Shown here in pieces: positions 1-13,269 of a stretch of 64,000 nt of DNA (positions are counted from its first letter, which is position 1; every line of letters begins with the position of its first letter). Source of the stretch: the human T2T-CHM13v2.0 reference genome, Homo sapiens. Under the pieces are notes generated by a model. It saw only the letters and a list, made by a program, of their open reading frames with translations, was not told the origin of the DNA and ran no database searches. The translations under genes were made by a program, and so were the position numbers. The stretch is from NCBI RefSeq assembly GCF_009914755.1, contig NC_060929.1, one strand, 5' to 3'.

Positions 1-349
1 GCAGAACAGCTACGTAGTATATGCCTGGCACAGGATAAGTGCTCAGTTAATGTGAGGTATTATCACTATTATTTTTTATGTGTATGATTTCATGGCCCAT
101 GTGGTGAATTGTTTGAGCTATGTCATGACAGATATATAATGTCAATTTAACCAAAAATTTTCATTTGTATTTCTTGAACTCATAGAGGTTCAGGCTTAGC
201 ACATAATCACACTCCTCAAGAACATCTCTTATTTTTCTTCCCCATCTACTTCTATTATGCGTTCAGGAGCTGGCCTTCCTAAGACGCTTCATTCAAAACT
301 ATTTTTTGGTTCTCATCCATTTTGCCCCTGTCTCATAGCCCCAAAGTGG

Positions 350-480
350 CTGTCACAAACCTATGAGACAGGCATTATACCCATTTTATAGATAAAGGAA
401 GTGAGCCTCAGAGAGCTACTAAATAACTGATCCAAGATTATACAGCTAATAAGTGGCATTGCCTAGTCCATGTCAAAGTT
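350..480 (-). mobile_element. MIR SINE fragment
   Basis: MIR core in reverse: cccattttatagataaaggaagtgagcctcagagag...ccaagattatacagctaataagtggca. Confidence 0.75.
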
Positions 481-488
481 GCCAGCCT

Positions 489-645
489 GGCCAGGCATGG
501 TGGCCCATGCCTGTAATCCCAGCACTTCGGGAGGTTGAGGCAGAAGGATTGCTTGAGCCTAGGAGGTCAAGGCTTCAGTGAGCCATGTTTGTGCCACTGC
601 ACTCTGGCCTGGGCAACAAAGTGCGGCCTTGTCTCAAATAAAAAG
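489..645 (+). mobile_element. Alu monomer (FRAM/FAM-like)
   Basis: ggccaggcatggtggcccatgcctgtaatcccagc...cagtgagccatg...gcctgggcaacaaag...gtctcaaataaaaa; a single ~150 bp arm. Confidence 0.85.
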
Positions 646-800
646 AAGGAAGGAAGGGAAGGAAGGAAAGGAGGGAGGGAGGAAGGAGAAAGCAAGAAAG
701 GGAAGGAAGGAAGGCAGGCAGGCAGGAAGGAAGGAAGGAAGAAAGGAAGGAAGGAAGGAGAGAAAGAAAAGAAAAAAGAAAAGGAAAAGAAAGAGAAAGG
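646..800 (+). repeat. Purine-rich (GGAA/GAAA/GGCA)n microsatellite grown from the monomer tail
   Basis: gaaggaaggaagggaaggaagg...aaagaaaagaaaaaagaa; source of spurious ORFs 535-909. Confidence 0.95.
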
Positions 801-929
801 TAGGTGGTTGGCATGTTTAATATCTCTTAAATTCCTTCTCATTGTCTCCACAGAAGACCCCACTCTGTCTCCTGCTAAAGGTCTGTCAGAGCCTGTACAA
901 AGGTTTTAAGGTCACTTTCTTTTGGAGCA

Positions 930-1255
930 GGATGTCTGAAGCTGATGCTGTATGTTGCCCAATGAACAGCCATTCCTTTCCCCTTTCTTCCTTGTTGTTA
1001 AAGCCTGTCTCCCACGACAGAGACTGAAAATGCTAAATACTAGTTTTCCCTGCCTCTTTGTTGCTATGGTGTGGGTCTGTGACTCAGTCCTGGCTAATGG
1101 GACGTGAGGAGAAGTTTGCTCAGAGGCATCTGAAAAGGGTTTGTCTCCTTAGTACAAAGATATAAGAGGAGTCTCTACTCTCTTCCTACCCTTCCTGTTT
1201 TGAACATTGCTTTGTGAAGACATGATGCTTCGGGCTGTGGCAGCCATCTGGTGTC
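930..1255 (+). mobile_element. Old ERVL/MaLR LTR remnant (LTR16/LTR33/MLT1-like)
   Basis: ttccctgcctctttgttgctatggtgtgggtctgtgactcagtcctggctaatggga and gctgtggcagccatct motifs. Confidence 0.6.
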
Positions 1256-2042
1256 TATAATGTTTTGTGCCCCCTCTTCATGCATTTTAATCTCAGATGG
1301 TAAAAGACACCCTCAAGTACACTAGGACTTACCTATAATTAATTGAGCTATTCAGAACATGTTATGTAAATGTTAACATGACCATGGTAAAGAATAGAAT
1401 ATTTTAATGGAAATGTTTGTGAGGAGGAATAAACCTTTGAAATTATCTAGATTATCAACTCTTCATTTCACAGAAAAAAGAAACTGATACCCAAAGCATT
1501 TAAACATCTTTCCTAAAATTATACTTGGTTAGTGACAGAGTCTGGCATAGAAGCTAGGCCTTCTGACTCTGTTTCAAACATTATTTCTGTAAGACATTTT
1601 TTGATGAATAAGACATCACTCAGTTGGAGCTGTGCTACTTAAAATATTTGTGACGAGTAAGTGACCATCTGAAGTGATTCAACTTGTTTGATTCATTTTG
1701 TTTCTAAATAGTTCTAAGCTTAGTTGGCTATTTAGTGAGACTACCTGACATCCTTTTTTTCTGAGAGTCTTTCTTGAGTTTAGTAAGTTGTTTGAAACAA
1801 AAGTACCAAGATTTCAGTCATTCTGCAGCAGAGAAACCAACATTCCGTGATGCCCTTTGTCGGTATGATATTAGTCAGAGAAGGAAGAGTTGCATCACTC
1901 CCTAGTGCCATTATTTGTAATTGTGTGCTTCACTAAAGGAGATTACAATTAATTTTATTCACAACATATATTTTCAATGTTAAATTTAACAGAGTTTAGG
2001 TCATTATGGATTACTTGAATGTCACTTTGCCCTCCCTTGGCC

Positions 2043-2155
2043 TGTTGTGGATTGATTTGTAGTCTCTAAGAACATATTCTGAAGTCCTAATCTCTGGTAC
2101 CTAGAAATGTTACCTTATTTGGAAATAAGGTCTTCACAGATGTAGTCAAGTTAAG
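2043..2155 (+). mobile_element. MLT1 (A-C type) MaLR LTR, 5' part, interrupted by L1
   Basis: gaagtcctaatctctggtacc...ccttatttggaaataaggtcttcacagatgtagtcaagttaag; continues at ~4393. Confidence 0.85.
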
Positions 2156-2171
2156 TATCCTTGTCATATTG

Positions 2172-4393
2172 AAGACAAGGATCTCCACTCTTACCACTCC
2201 TATTCAACATAATACTGGAAGTCCTAGCCAGAGCAATCAGGCAAGAGAAAAAAATAAAGGGCATTCGAATTGGAAAAGAGGAAGTAAAATTGTCTCTCTT
2301 TGCAGGTTCTTATGTTAAGAAAACCTAAAGGCTCCATCATAACCCTCCTAGAGCTGGTAAACAAATTCAGTAAAGTTGCAGGATACAAAATCAATATACA
2401 AAAATCAGTAGTGTTTATATACACCAATAATGAAATAGCTGAAAAAGAAATCAACAAGGCAACCCCATTTACAACAGCTGACAAAAAATAAAATATCTAG
2501 GAATAAACGTAACCAAGGCAGTCAAAGATTGCTATAAGAAAAACTACAAAACACTGATGAAAGAAGTTGAAGAGGACACAAACAAATGGGAAAACAGTCC
2601 ACACTCATGGACTAGAAGAGTCAATATCATTAAAATGACTGTGCTGCTCAAAGCAATATACATATTCAATGCAATCTCTATCAAAATACCAATGTCATCT
2701 TTCACAGAAATAGAAAAAAAATCCTAAAATTTATTTAGAACAAAAAAAGAGCCAGAAGAGTCAAAGGAATCTTGAGCAAAAAGAACAGAACTGGAGGTAA
2801 CACACCACCTGACTTCAAAGTATATTACAAGGCTATAGTAACCAAAACAGCATCGTATTGGTATAAAAATAGACACACAGTCGACGAGGAACAGAATAGA
2901 GCACCCAGAAATAAATCCACGTATTTACAGCCAACTGATTTTCAACAAAGGTGCCAAGAACATACACTGGGGAAAGGACATGCTTTTTAATAAATAGTGT
3001 TGGGAAAATTAGATATCCATATGCAGAATAATAAAACTGGACCTCTATCTCTCCCCACATACAAGAATCAACCCAAGATGGATTAAAGATTTAAATGTAG
3101 GACATGAAACTATAAAACTACTAGAAAAAACCATAGAGAAAATACTTCAGGACATATGGTCTAGGCAAAAATATTATGGCTAAGACCTCAAAAGCACAGC
3201 CAACTAAAACAAAAATAGACACATGGGACTATATTAAACTAAAAAGTATCATCAGAGCAAAGGAAACATCAACAGAGTGAAGAGACAACCTGTTGAATGG
3301 GAGAAAATATTTGCAAACTATTCATCAAACAAGGGACTAATATCCAAAATATACAAAGACCTCGAACAACACAACAATTAAAAAAGCAAATAATCCCATT
3401 AAAAATTGGGCAAAGAACATGAATAAACAGTTCTCAAAAGAAGACATACAAATGGCCAACAGGTATACGACAAAATGCTCAACATCCCTAAGCATCAAGG
3501 AAATGAAAATTAAAACCACAATGAGATATCACCTTACCCCAGTCAGAATGACTATTATTAAAATGATAAAAATAATAGATGCTGGTCAGGATGTGGAGAA
3601 AAATAAATTATTATACACCATTGATGGGAATGTAAGTTAGTACAACCACAATGAAAAAAAATACAGAGATTTCTCAAACTAAAAATAGAACTACCATATG
3701 ACCCAGCAATCCCTCCCCTCTAATATATATCTATCCAAAGGAAATCAGTAAGTATATCAGAGTGATACCTGCACCCCTATGTTTATTGCAGCACCATTCA
3801 CAATAGCATAGATATGGAATCAACCTAAGTGTCCATCAGTGGACTAATAAAGAGTACATGGTATATATACATAATTGAATACTATTCAGCCATGAAAAAG
3901 AATGAAATCATATCATTTGCAGCAACATGGATGGAACTGGAAGTCATTATGTTAAGTGAAATAAACCAGGCATGGAAAGACAAATTCTGCTTGTTCTCAC
4001 TCATATCACTCATATGTGGAAGCTAAACAACTTAACCTCATGGAGATAGGACTAGGAGAGATACCAGAGGCTGAGAAAGGGTGTGAGGGTAGGAAGGGGA
4101 AATGAAGAGATGTTGGTGAATGGGTACAAACTTACAGTTACATAGAAGACATATATTCTAATGTCTGATAGCAGACTAGGGTGACCATAGTTAGCAAAAA
4201 TAGATTACATGTTTCAAAGTAGAGAGATGAGAGGACTTGAAATGTTACCAACACAAATAAATATTAAATATTCAAGGTGATGTATTAAATAGTACTTAAA
4301 ATGCATAGAATGTGTAATGATCAAGTCAGAGTATTTGGGGTATCACATGTACCCCATAATATGTAAAACATTATGTATCAATAAAGAAAAAAA
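2172..4393 (+). mobile_element. 5'-truncated L1 (L1PB/L1MA class): decayed ORF2 3' half, 3' UTR and A tail
   Basis: ORF2 remnants (LLELVNKFSKVAGYKINIQKSV; [15 protein letters not shown]; [10 protein letters not shown]; [16 protein letters not shown]), ends aataaagaaaaaaa; the RT FADD aspartate codons appear deleted near 2305. Confidence 0.95.
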
Positions 4394-4669
4394 TTAGGTT
4401 ATAGTGGATTAGGATGGGTCTATTTCAATGATTTCATGTCATTATGAGCAAAGGGAGATTTGAACAAGGATTGCCAGCAACCATCAGAAGCTAGGAGGAG
4501 TTCAGAAAGGATTTTTCCCTAGAATCTTTGGAGGGACCATGGCCTTGCTGGCACTTAGACTTTAGACTTTACACTTCTAGCCTCCAAGACTGTGAATGAA
4601 TAAATTGCTGTTGTTTTAAGCCACACCATTTGTGGTACTTTGTTATGGCAGCCCTAGGAGACTAATACA
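4393..4669 (+). mobile_element. MLT1 LTR, 3' part
   Basis: ccagcaaccatcagaagctagg...ttctagcctccaagactgtg...aataaattgctgttgttttaagccac...ggcagccctaggagactaataca. Confidence 0.9.
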
Positions 4670-5267
4670 TGGCTGCAGGTGTTCCTGGGTGGTATTGACC
4701 CTGCTTCTTCTCCATCTGTCCTTGAATTTATCTCTTGAGAGATCGTCAATGTCCTGGGCTCACCCTTTTGTGTAATAGATGTTAATAGACTAGGTAATTA
4801 CTGTCATGAGAATTTTCTGAGAATATTAAAACTTTAATCTTTTCTGTACATCTTCATGGAATTAACAAGCAGGTTAACAACAAAATATGACCATGCACTG
4901 ATATTAGGTACAGAAAGAAATAGTGAGCTAAGCAATTGGTCTCGGCAGAGTGGATCCTATAGAAAAAGAATAGATTGTGATGGTTATAAAAAGGTAAAGA
5001 AAGGAGCCTGAATCTCTCTGATCCACAGAAAGAGAAAAAGGATATACATAATGTTACCCAGCACAAAAATACAGACTTAGAAGCTCAACTAGAAGTCCTA
5101 AATCAGAACTGTCTTGGATCAAAGTGACTGAAAACTCAATTCAAACTGACAAATCTTGGGGCTCACAACTGAAAAGTCCAGGGATAAGTTATGTGGGGTG
5201 AAGAGTAATCCAGACATTTAGATAGTGTTGTCAGAACCCAGTGTCTCTACTTTTCTGTTGCCTTCTT

Positions 5268-5732
5268 TAGTAGGCTGTATAATGGCCACCCAAAGATATT
5301 AGGCCCTAATCTCTGGAACCTGTAAATATTACCTTTTAAGGAAAAAGGGGTCTTTTTAGATGTGATTAAGGTAAGCATCTTGACTTGGGGAGACTATTCT
5401 GTTGATCTGGGTGGGCCCTAAATCTAATCAATCACACCTGTCTTTAAGAGTGAGGCAGAGGAAGATTTGATACACACAGAAGAGGAGAGAGCAATGTGAA
5501 GATGGTGGCAGAGATGGGACTGATGAAGCCACCAGAAGCTGGAAGACATAAGGATCCGATTCTCCCCTGGAGCATCTGGAAGAAGCAAGGTCCTGTCAAC
5601 ATTGTGCTTTTAGTCATTGAAATGAATATTGAACAGAATCCTGTCCCCTAGCACTAGTAGAGAATAAAGTTATGTTGTTTTAAGCCACCAATTTATGATG
5701 ATTTCTTATGGCAGCCACGGGATACTAATTTA
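5268..5732 (+). mobile_element. MLT1C/D-type MaLR solo LTR nested in an older MLT1J/K-like relic (~5100-5990)
   Basis: aatggccacccaaagatat...ctaatctctggaacctgtaaatattacc...gccaccagaagctggaaga...gagaataaagttatgttgttttaagccacc...ggcagccacgggatactaat. Confidence 0.85.
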
Positions 5733-6189
5733 CCTTCTCAGATGATGCATGATGGCCAGATGGGTTGCCAGCAGCTCCCCTCTAGACTAAGTACAATGGA
5801 GAAAATAAAGCATTTCTTATTGTGACTTACACATGAGTTTCAGGATTCAAGATTTACTCTGAACTGGCCAACTCAGCTCATGTGCCCACCCCTAAATTAA
5901 TTGGGGTATCTAGGAATTAGTTGTTCTAATTGTCCAGACCTAGGTCATGTGCTCCACTCCCTGATTCAAGGGTGAAGGCCCACCCATCATGTTGGCAGGC
6001 CTTACATGTTGATGGCGTGGAGGTAACTTTTCTAGCTTCGATCTTACATCAGACTCTAAGTTTAAAATCAATATCACATATGTGGAATCAAATTAAAATA
6101 ACACCAATGTAGAGGCAATTGTACCACCTCTGTGTCATATACCAACAATGGTATTTAATAAGTATTTATTGACTTTGTTGCTATTTGTT

Positions 6190-6268
6190 TTTTTCCTTCC
6201 TTTCCTTCTTTTTCCTTTCTTCCCTCCCTCCTTCCCTTCCTTTTTTTCCTTACTTTCTCTCTCTACCT
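6190..6268 (+). repeat. Pyrimidine-rich (CT/CCTT) low-complexity tract
   Basis: ttttccttcctttccttctttttcctttcttccctccctcc... Confidence 0.85.
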
Positions 6269-7279
6269 TGTTTGGTTAAAACCCAAACAGATTTATGAAA
6301 ATGTAGAATGATATATACACATTAGCAGTTTTGTGTTCAAGACGGTGTGTAAATGGGGGCATACAGGGATATAACAGCTGGAATTATAAAACTGTATGCA
6401 ATTTATACTTTAAAAACACACAAAGATCATAGATAGAAAAGAGTTAAGTGGAAGTCTAAAAATAAAGACTGGAAAAAGCTCATTTATGTTGGGGGGCATT
6501 GGGTTTATTTGAAAAGCAGTGAAGGTAAAATTATAGATATGTTGGAAATTTTCTGAAAAGTTTTTACTGATGAGTTATCTTATACCCACCTTACTAATGT
6601 ATATGTAAATAGCTATATTTTTCTCTATCTGAGATGATTTTCTTGAGAGTCTGTTGTGATTTCTGAGTCTTTGTAGATCTAACAGAAACAGAGGTAAAAG
6701 AATACAAATTATTACTCAAAGATAGACACATAATTGATAAACATTGTCTATGAGAAGTAAGTTGGATAAACCAAACACTTTATTCTTGGAGAGAGCTGTT
6801 CTATAATACAAATCTATTCAGGGAGAAAAAGAAATTTAATTCTTGCCCCCCGCCTCACCATTCTTCTTCTCCTTTTTCTTCTTTCTCTTTTTCTATGAAA
6901 TTCTACAGCTCACCAGTTACTGCACTATGTATCTTTGGGTCCCTCTGAGAAGGTCAAACTTCTAATAACTAATAAGTAACTAATAACTGTAGTTACTCTC
7001 TGATCAGCTTCTAATATGTCCCCACCTTGCACTTCTCAGACAGGGAGATAAATAAAAATAGTGTCAATATGAGCATTTCCAAACCTGCAGAAATTCTTAC
7101 CCAAAGGTCTTAACTGCCCATTGGTTGTAGCTGCAGAGAATCAAGAAGGGGCAGAGTGGTTTCTTAGCCCCATATAGACTGGGTGTCTTCCCTTAGTTTA
7201 TGTCCACCTGGCAATTGGTCCAAAGCCAGGGGACCAGGACCTTACAACCGTTGTACCAATGAACAGTAGGAACTCTTCA

Positions 7280-7653
<374 letters not shown>

Positions 7654-8744
7654 TTAAGAATCTGTTTTATTGCAGATAGTAATTCATGTTTTCACCTTTT
7701 CTGGCTTCTTGATTTCTAGGTTTAACTTTCTCCCCCACTTGTTCTACCCAACAGCCCTCTTGGCCGCTCCTCCCTGGAATCATTTCCTGTCATGACATTT
7801 TTAGAAACCAAAATAACAGCATTTACAATGTAACAGCTAAATATTCCCATAGAATATCTTGGTAAAACAAGCACTTTTGCATGGTAGTTTTTAACACACT
7901 ATTGGCTATGTATTCAGACTGAACCTCTTCTGAGTGTCCACGGTTTCTAGCTAACCAATGGGCTGATTGCAGCATTGTTCGCTGTCGCTCTGTAATCACA
8001 TCTGGCATACAAAGCTGGCGGCATCCTGGCTTCCAGGATCTTCTTGTGTAGTGTCTTGGTTTAATGTCAGAACACACAGTTTATTCAGAGAGTGAGGGGG
8101 AGGGTGCTTTTAATAATAAGAGGCAGCTGTGTAATTCTCTGTAAAAAATGAAGCAGAAGAAGTACATTGCAATATTACATGGGGTTATGAGATACCACAA
8201 ATGGAATGTTAGTTGGACAAATTCAATACATTTTGAATTCTTTGGATTTTTTTAAAAGAAGATAATCACTTGTGCTTTTTTCAATAGAATTATTTACTTA
8301 GCCTTTTACATCTTGAATTTTCCAGTTTAAATTTAGTACAGCATAAACTCAGAGAGGTGCTGGGAAAAATTTCCAAAGTGTCTGTAGACAGTGTTCTTAA
8401 ACCACGATGGCAAAACCTCAAAAATAGGTGCAGCTCCATCAAAGTTAAATTGAATGACTCAATGTCTGGACCGCTCAGGTTTTTTTCTAGTTAGGGAAGG
8501 GGAGAGACTGTTCACTGTAGAAATTCAGAATCCTGGATGGAGGAAGTTTGTTTTGTTTTTGTTTTTAGAGAGGGGGAAAAAGTGCCATCATGGGAAATTA
8601 GAATAAAAACAGAAGTCTCTTTAAAAGTGTAAAATAAGAGTCAGCTTCCTTGTTTTTTGTTACTTTTTATTTTCAAAAATTACATGGTAGCCTGGAGCTC
8701 TATCTTAGATATCAGTTTACCCAACTTCCACAATTTCTAGATAA

Positions 8745-9310
8745 AGCCTTGAGGCTCCCTTTTCCCTCGTGTGTCTTCCTTTGCAGTCACTTTCCCACAC
8801 TCGCTTGTGTATCAGACAAGGGGTGGCAACGCGACTAAGTTTTGGCCAACAATGTGTAAGGGCAAGTATGGTGGATTTTGTCACTGTTAAAAATAAAAAG
8901 TGCCTTGATAAAAATGATTTTCAGCTTCACCGATTTCACATTTTTTGTAGTCTCCCTCTTTCTCTCTCTGTGTGTGTGTGTGTGTGTGTGTGCACGCACA
9001 TGTGTATGTGTGTGTCTGTGATTACAAAGGCTAGAAATGGCTGCATGTTTTTGAATGGGAATGTGATGCTTAGAGCTTAGCGGCCATCTTGGACCTATGA
9101 GGTGGCAAGACTAAGACTAATGATGGAGAGAGAGCAGAGTAGGAGGATGGAAAGAGCTCGATTCAGCTAGCCACTGTACCAAATCTGGAACATCCTACCT
9201 CTGGATTTCTTTCTGTGTGAGACAATTAATTGTCTTTATTTCATAGGTCACTTGTAGCTTTCAGTCAGTTTTTCTGTTACTCATACCTCTGTACATTTCT
9301 AATTAATACA
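8745..9310 (+). mobile_element. Old ERVL/MaLR LTR remnant with internal (TG)n at 8969-8991
   Basis: ggggtggcaacgcgactaagttttggccaacaatgtgtaag; gcggccatcttggacctatgagg; cctacctctggatttct...; ends ttctaattaataca. Confidence 0.65.
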
Positions 9311-11499
9311 CCCTGAAAGATTAATCTGCCCAAGTTTATAAAATACACTGTAGCATAGTCTCAGTTGGAATCCAGCTCTTCTAATTTCTTGTTTATTATC
9401 TTTCCCTCTCACTATCTGCCCCTGTTCTATCACCAGATTTGTCTCTACATGAATAAATGGGTTATTGTCTTGATTAAACCTGTTAAGTATGGTACTGCAG
9501 TAAATTGTATTTGTCCCCTAGATTCGTGCCTGCATTTGCAATCCTTTTTGCTAATACGCATAAATTTTATAGCCTGTCTTTGCGTGAAAAGGCTTCACAA
9601 GTTAAGGATTATTAGATGATTCATTTTCATATTGAAAGCCTTGATTTAACAAGAGGTAACCATTGTGAGTCATGTTAATATTGAGGGAGTTTAATGTGTC
9701 AGCATGCTTACAAAGTTGACTGTATTTCAAAACCTCAAATTCTTATCCTGAAAGGTGTTTTTAAGAACAAGTAGGTAAAATTATATCAAAATAGAAAAAT
9801 ATAAGCAAATGTTTAGCAAAACTAAAGAGTAATAATAAAATATATAGGTAATAATATCTCAGAATATATGACATACTGTACCAAAATTATCTGAAAATTC
9901 ATGTGCTCTTCCTGGATTTACCAATTATTTTTGTGTAATAAAAATCTTATCTGATTGGTTTTCCTCTACCTTTAGAATAACGATTTTATGTGACCATAGA
10001 ATTCTAGGGTTGAAAAGATTCAAAAATCCATGTTATCTATTACCTGGCTTTGAGAGAGGACCCATCAAATCATTTTACCAGGTGAGAATGGATGATTTTC
10101 CAAAGATTCTATAGAAAAGAAAGTTGTAAGTTTTCTTTACAGAATAGAGAATAATCATGAACTGTATCACAAACACAAATGAAATCGTATTTTAGGAGCA
10201 CTTTTAGTTAGTTATGTGAAGGATACTAGATACAAAGGATACTTTGCTCCTTCTCCTTAGAAGACATTTTGCTTTCCCATAGGCCATCAAATGACCTTTC
10301 ACGCTTCAGCAGTGTTATGACTGCACTTGCTTTCCATCAACAATGCCTTTCAGAATGCTTTCACAGTACAATGACTTAGTTTAGAAAGCATCCATTGGAA
10401 AAAAAAGACACTATTTCCATGGCAGTGGCAGCACCATAAAGAAAATGAAGCTTGGAGAAGCACAGAGATGCAGATGTTAAACAGTGGTATCTTCCTGAGC
10501 CCGATAGCCACAACAGTACTGCAGGAGTGTTGTATTGTAGAACAATCTTTTTTAAGTTAGAGTGAATTCTAAATTTAGTGAATGTATAGCTCAACACATC
10601 AAGTTGTTGACAGTGAACATTATGCATGATTATTCTGTATTGTGTTTTAAGGAATAATGTTTTAATACAGTGTGCCCTGTTTTTCACTCCCGTAATCTAT
10701 TCTCTGAATTAGGAGACATTTCTTCTTTACATAATATAAGAAATGTGAAGAGGAAAACTGAAAAAAATTCAAAATCCCTATGATCATAGTTAATTATTTG
10801 TTTATTTGATGAAGTTACTTTGACAAACCATCAATAAATTCTTCTTTTATCCTCCCCCCGTGTTCCTTCTGTTATAAAACAAGAGTATCCTTGTTGTCCT
10901 TCTCCCACCTGGACGCAGACAGCTGTTTATCAGTGACCTTTGTTATTTAGCTATTGAACCTGAGAGGTGTCAGGGATAGTGACAAAGCAGACACTTTCTT
11001 GTGCTCAAACATACTACTATTTGGAGAAGGATAGACGTCCATTCTCATGGTGACAAGTGACCAAGCCTACATGGAAGAACTTCTTATAGAGCCTGAAAAT
11101 GGGTTCTAGCTGATGTCCTGCAGTATGAGCACAGAGACTTAGGGTTTCTGACTTCTTTCCTATGGTCAGAAGCTGTTGGACCTGCATTGGAGTGTCCCCC
11201 AGGGATGCCCTAGGCAGAGGCACAAAGTCTTCCTTTGACTTCTCTCCAATCCAGGTTCCCTACCTACTCTGTAAGTCCTTTTAGGTCCACTGTCTTCATT
11301 GGCACTGTCTTCTCTTTATCAATTTAAATTTTATCAATTTATCTGTGGTTAGTGTTAATGCCCAGAAGCCACCGCATAATCCTAATAATTATCATCTGTA
11401 AAATTAAATACTTGAAACTTCCCCCTTGATAGCTCTCTGATTATACCACTTTAAATCTCACTTTCCATTCATTCACATCTATAAAAATAATTATGATAA

Positions 11500-12640
11500 T
11501 AAAACTCCTAGAAGAAAACACAGAAGTAAATCTTTATGATCTTTGGGTTAGGCAATGATTTCTTCGATATGACTCCAAAAACGTAAGCAATGAAAGTAGG
11601 ATTGTTAACTTGGTCTTCACCAAGGTTAAAAACGTTTATGTTTCAAAGTACACCATCAGGAAGGTGAAAAGAAGGTCTATAGACTGGGAGACAATATTTG
11701 TAAATGACATATGTGAAAATGGGCTTGTATCCAACCCATATAAAGAACTCCTACAACTCCAAAAAGACAACTCAGTTTTAAAAAAGGGGCAGATGATAAG
11801 AATAGACATTTCTTTAACGAAGATTTACAAATTATCAACAAGCATATGAAAAGATGTTCGACATCATTAGCCATTAGGAAAATGCAAATCAAAACCACAA
11901 CGAGATACTACTTCACATTCGCTAGAATAGTTATAATCAAGACAGTGACAAGTGCTGAAAGGATGTAGAAAAATTGGAACCTCATACTTTCCCGGTGGGA
12001 AAAAGTATGGTACAGTCACCTTGGAAAACAGTTTGGCAGTTTCTCAAAATGGTAAACATAGATTTACCATATGATCTAGCAATTCTCCTTCTAGAATATA
12101 CACCCAAGAGAATTGAAAACATGTCTAAACAACATCTTGTAAATGAGTGTTCATAGAAATATAATTCATGATATCCAAAGAGTAGGAACAACCGCAATGT
12201 TCATGAACTGATGAATAAATAGACAAAAATGTTTTATGTCCATAGAATAGAATGGTCTTTGGCCGCAAAAAGGAATGAAGTGCTGATATATGCTACAACA
12301 TGGATGAACCTAAAAATATGTTGCATGAAGGAAGCCAGTCGTAAGATACCACATATTGTATGATTTCATGTATTCACAAAACAGAATAGAATAAGCAAAT
12401 CTATAGAGGCAGAAAATAATGCGCTTAACCAGGGTTTGCAGGAGAAGGGGAGAAAAGAATAGAAAGTGATTTTTCATGGGGATGGGTTTCTTTATGAGAT
12501 GATGAAAATGTTTTAAAATTAGATTTGAGTGATGGTTGCACAACTCTGTAAATATTCTAAATACCATTGGATTGTACACTTAAACACACTTAAACAGGTG
12601 AAGTTTATGGTATAAATTATATCTCAATAAAGCTGTTAGA
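11500..12640 (+). mobile_element. L1MB/MC-class 3' fragment
   Basis: ORF2 C-terminal remnants (WKTVWQFLKMVNIDLPYDLAI) and 3' UTR ending atatctcaataaagctgtta. Confidence 0.9.
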
Positions 12641-13269
12641 ATAATTATGATATAATATAAAAATAATTGTGTTGGGTAATACTTTATTGTTTATTATCTT
12701 CATTGTGGAACAACAATTATTACTAGAAATAAAAACATAAAAAGGCAAAAAAAAAGCACATTGAATTTTGGCAGTGGCCAAGTTATTTAGCTTCCATTAC
12801 CACCAACATATACCATACTGTAGCTGGATATCAGAACTGAGGAGATTACCGGTAGGTTTTGGAAAATGAAAACTGGTTCATGATGCCAATCCCAATTGCA
12901 AGTGGATCCTAAGCTTTTTTTTCTGATCAGGGCTGGACTGGGGAGAAAGGGGTGCCAATAGGTCCATGGTGCTTTAAAGAAAATATGGTATGTGTTGGTG
13001 GTAAAAGAACTAAAATATTGGAGATTCAATATAAATAACAATAAACTTTTCATACATAATATATTTAGCTAGAAAAGTACTTAAAGTTTTATCCGGGGTC
13101 AATTTCCATCAGAATTTTGGGGAGAAGATACTTACAAAAAATTGAAATTGATCAATCCCACCCTAAATCTATGAACTGATATCTCTGGAGGATGAGAGTG
13201 TTGGAAGCTGGGAATCTGCATTTCTAAAAATGTTACTAGGTGACTCTGATGCAAATAGAGAAAACTGAT

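Noticed and set aside
535-909. 124-aa K/E/G/R-rich ORF and overlapping antisense ORFs
   Set aside because: Translation of an Alu monomer plus a purine microsatellite, with non-ATG starts.
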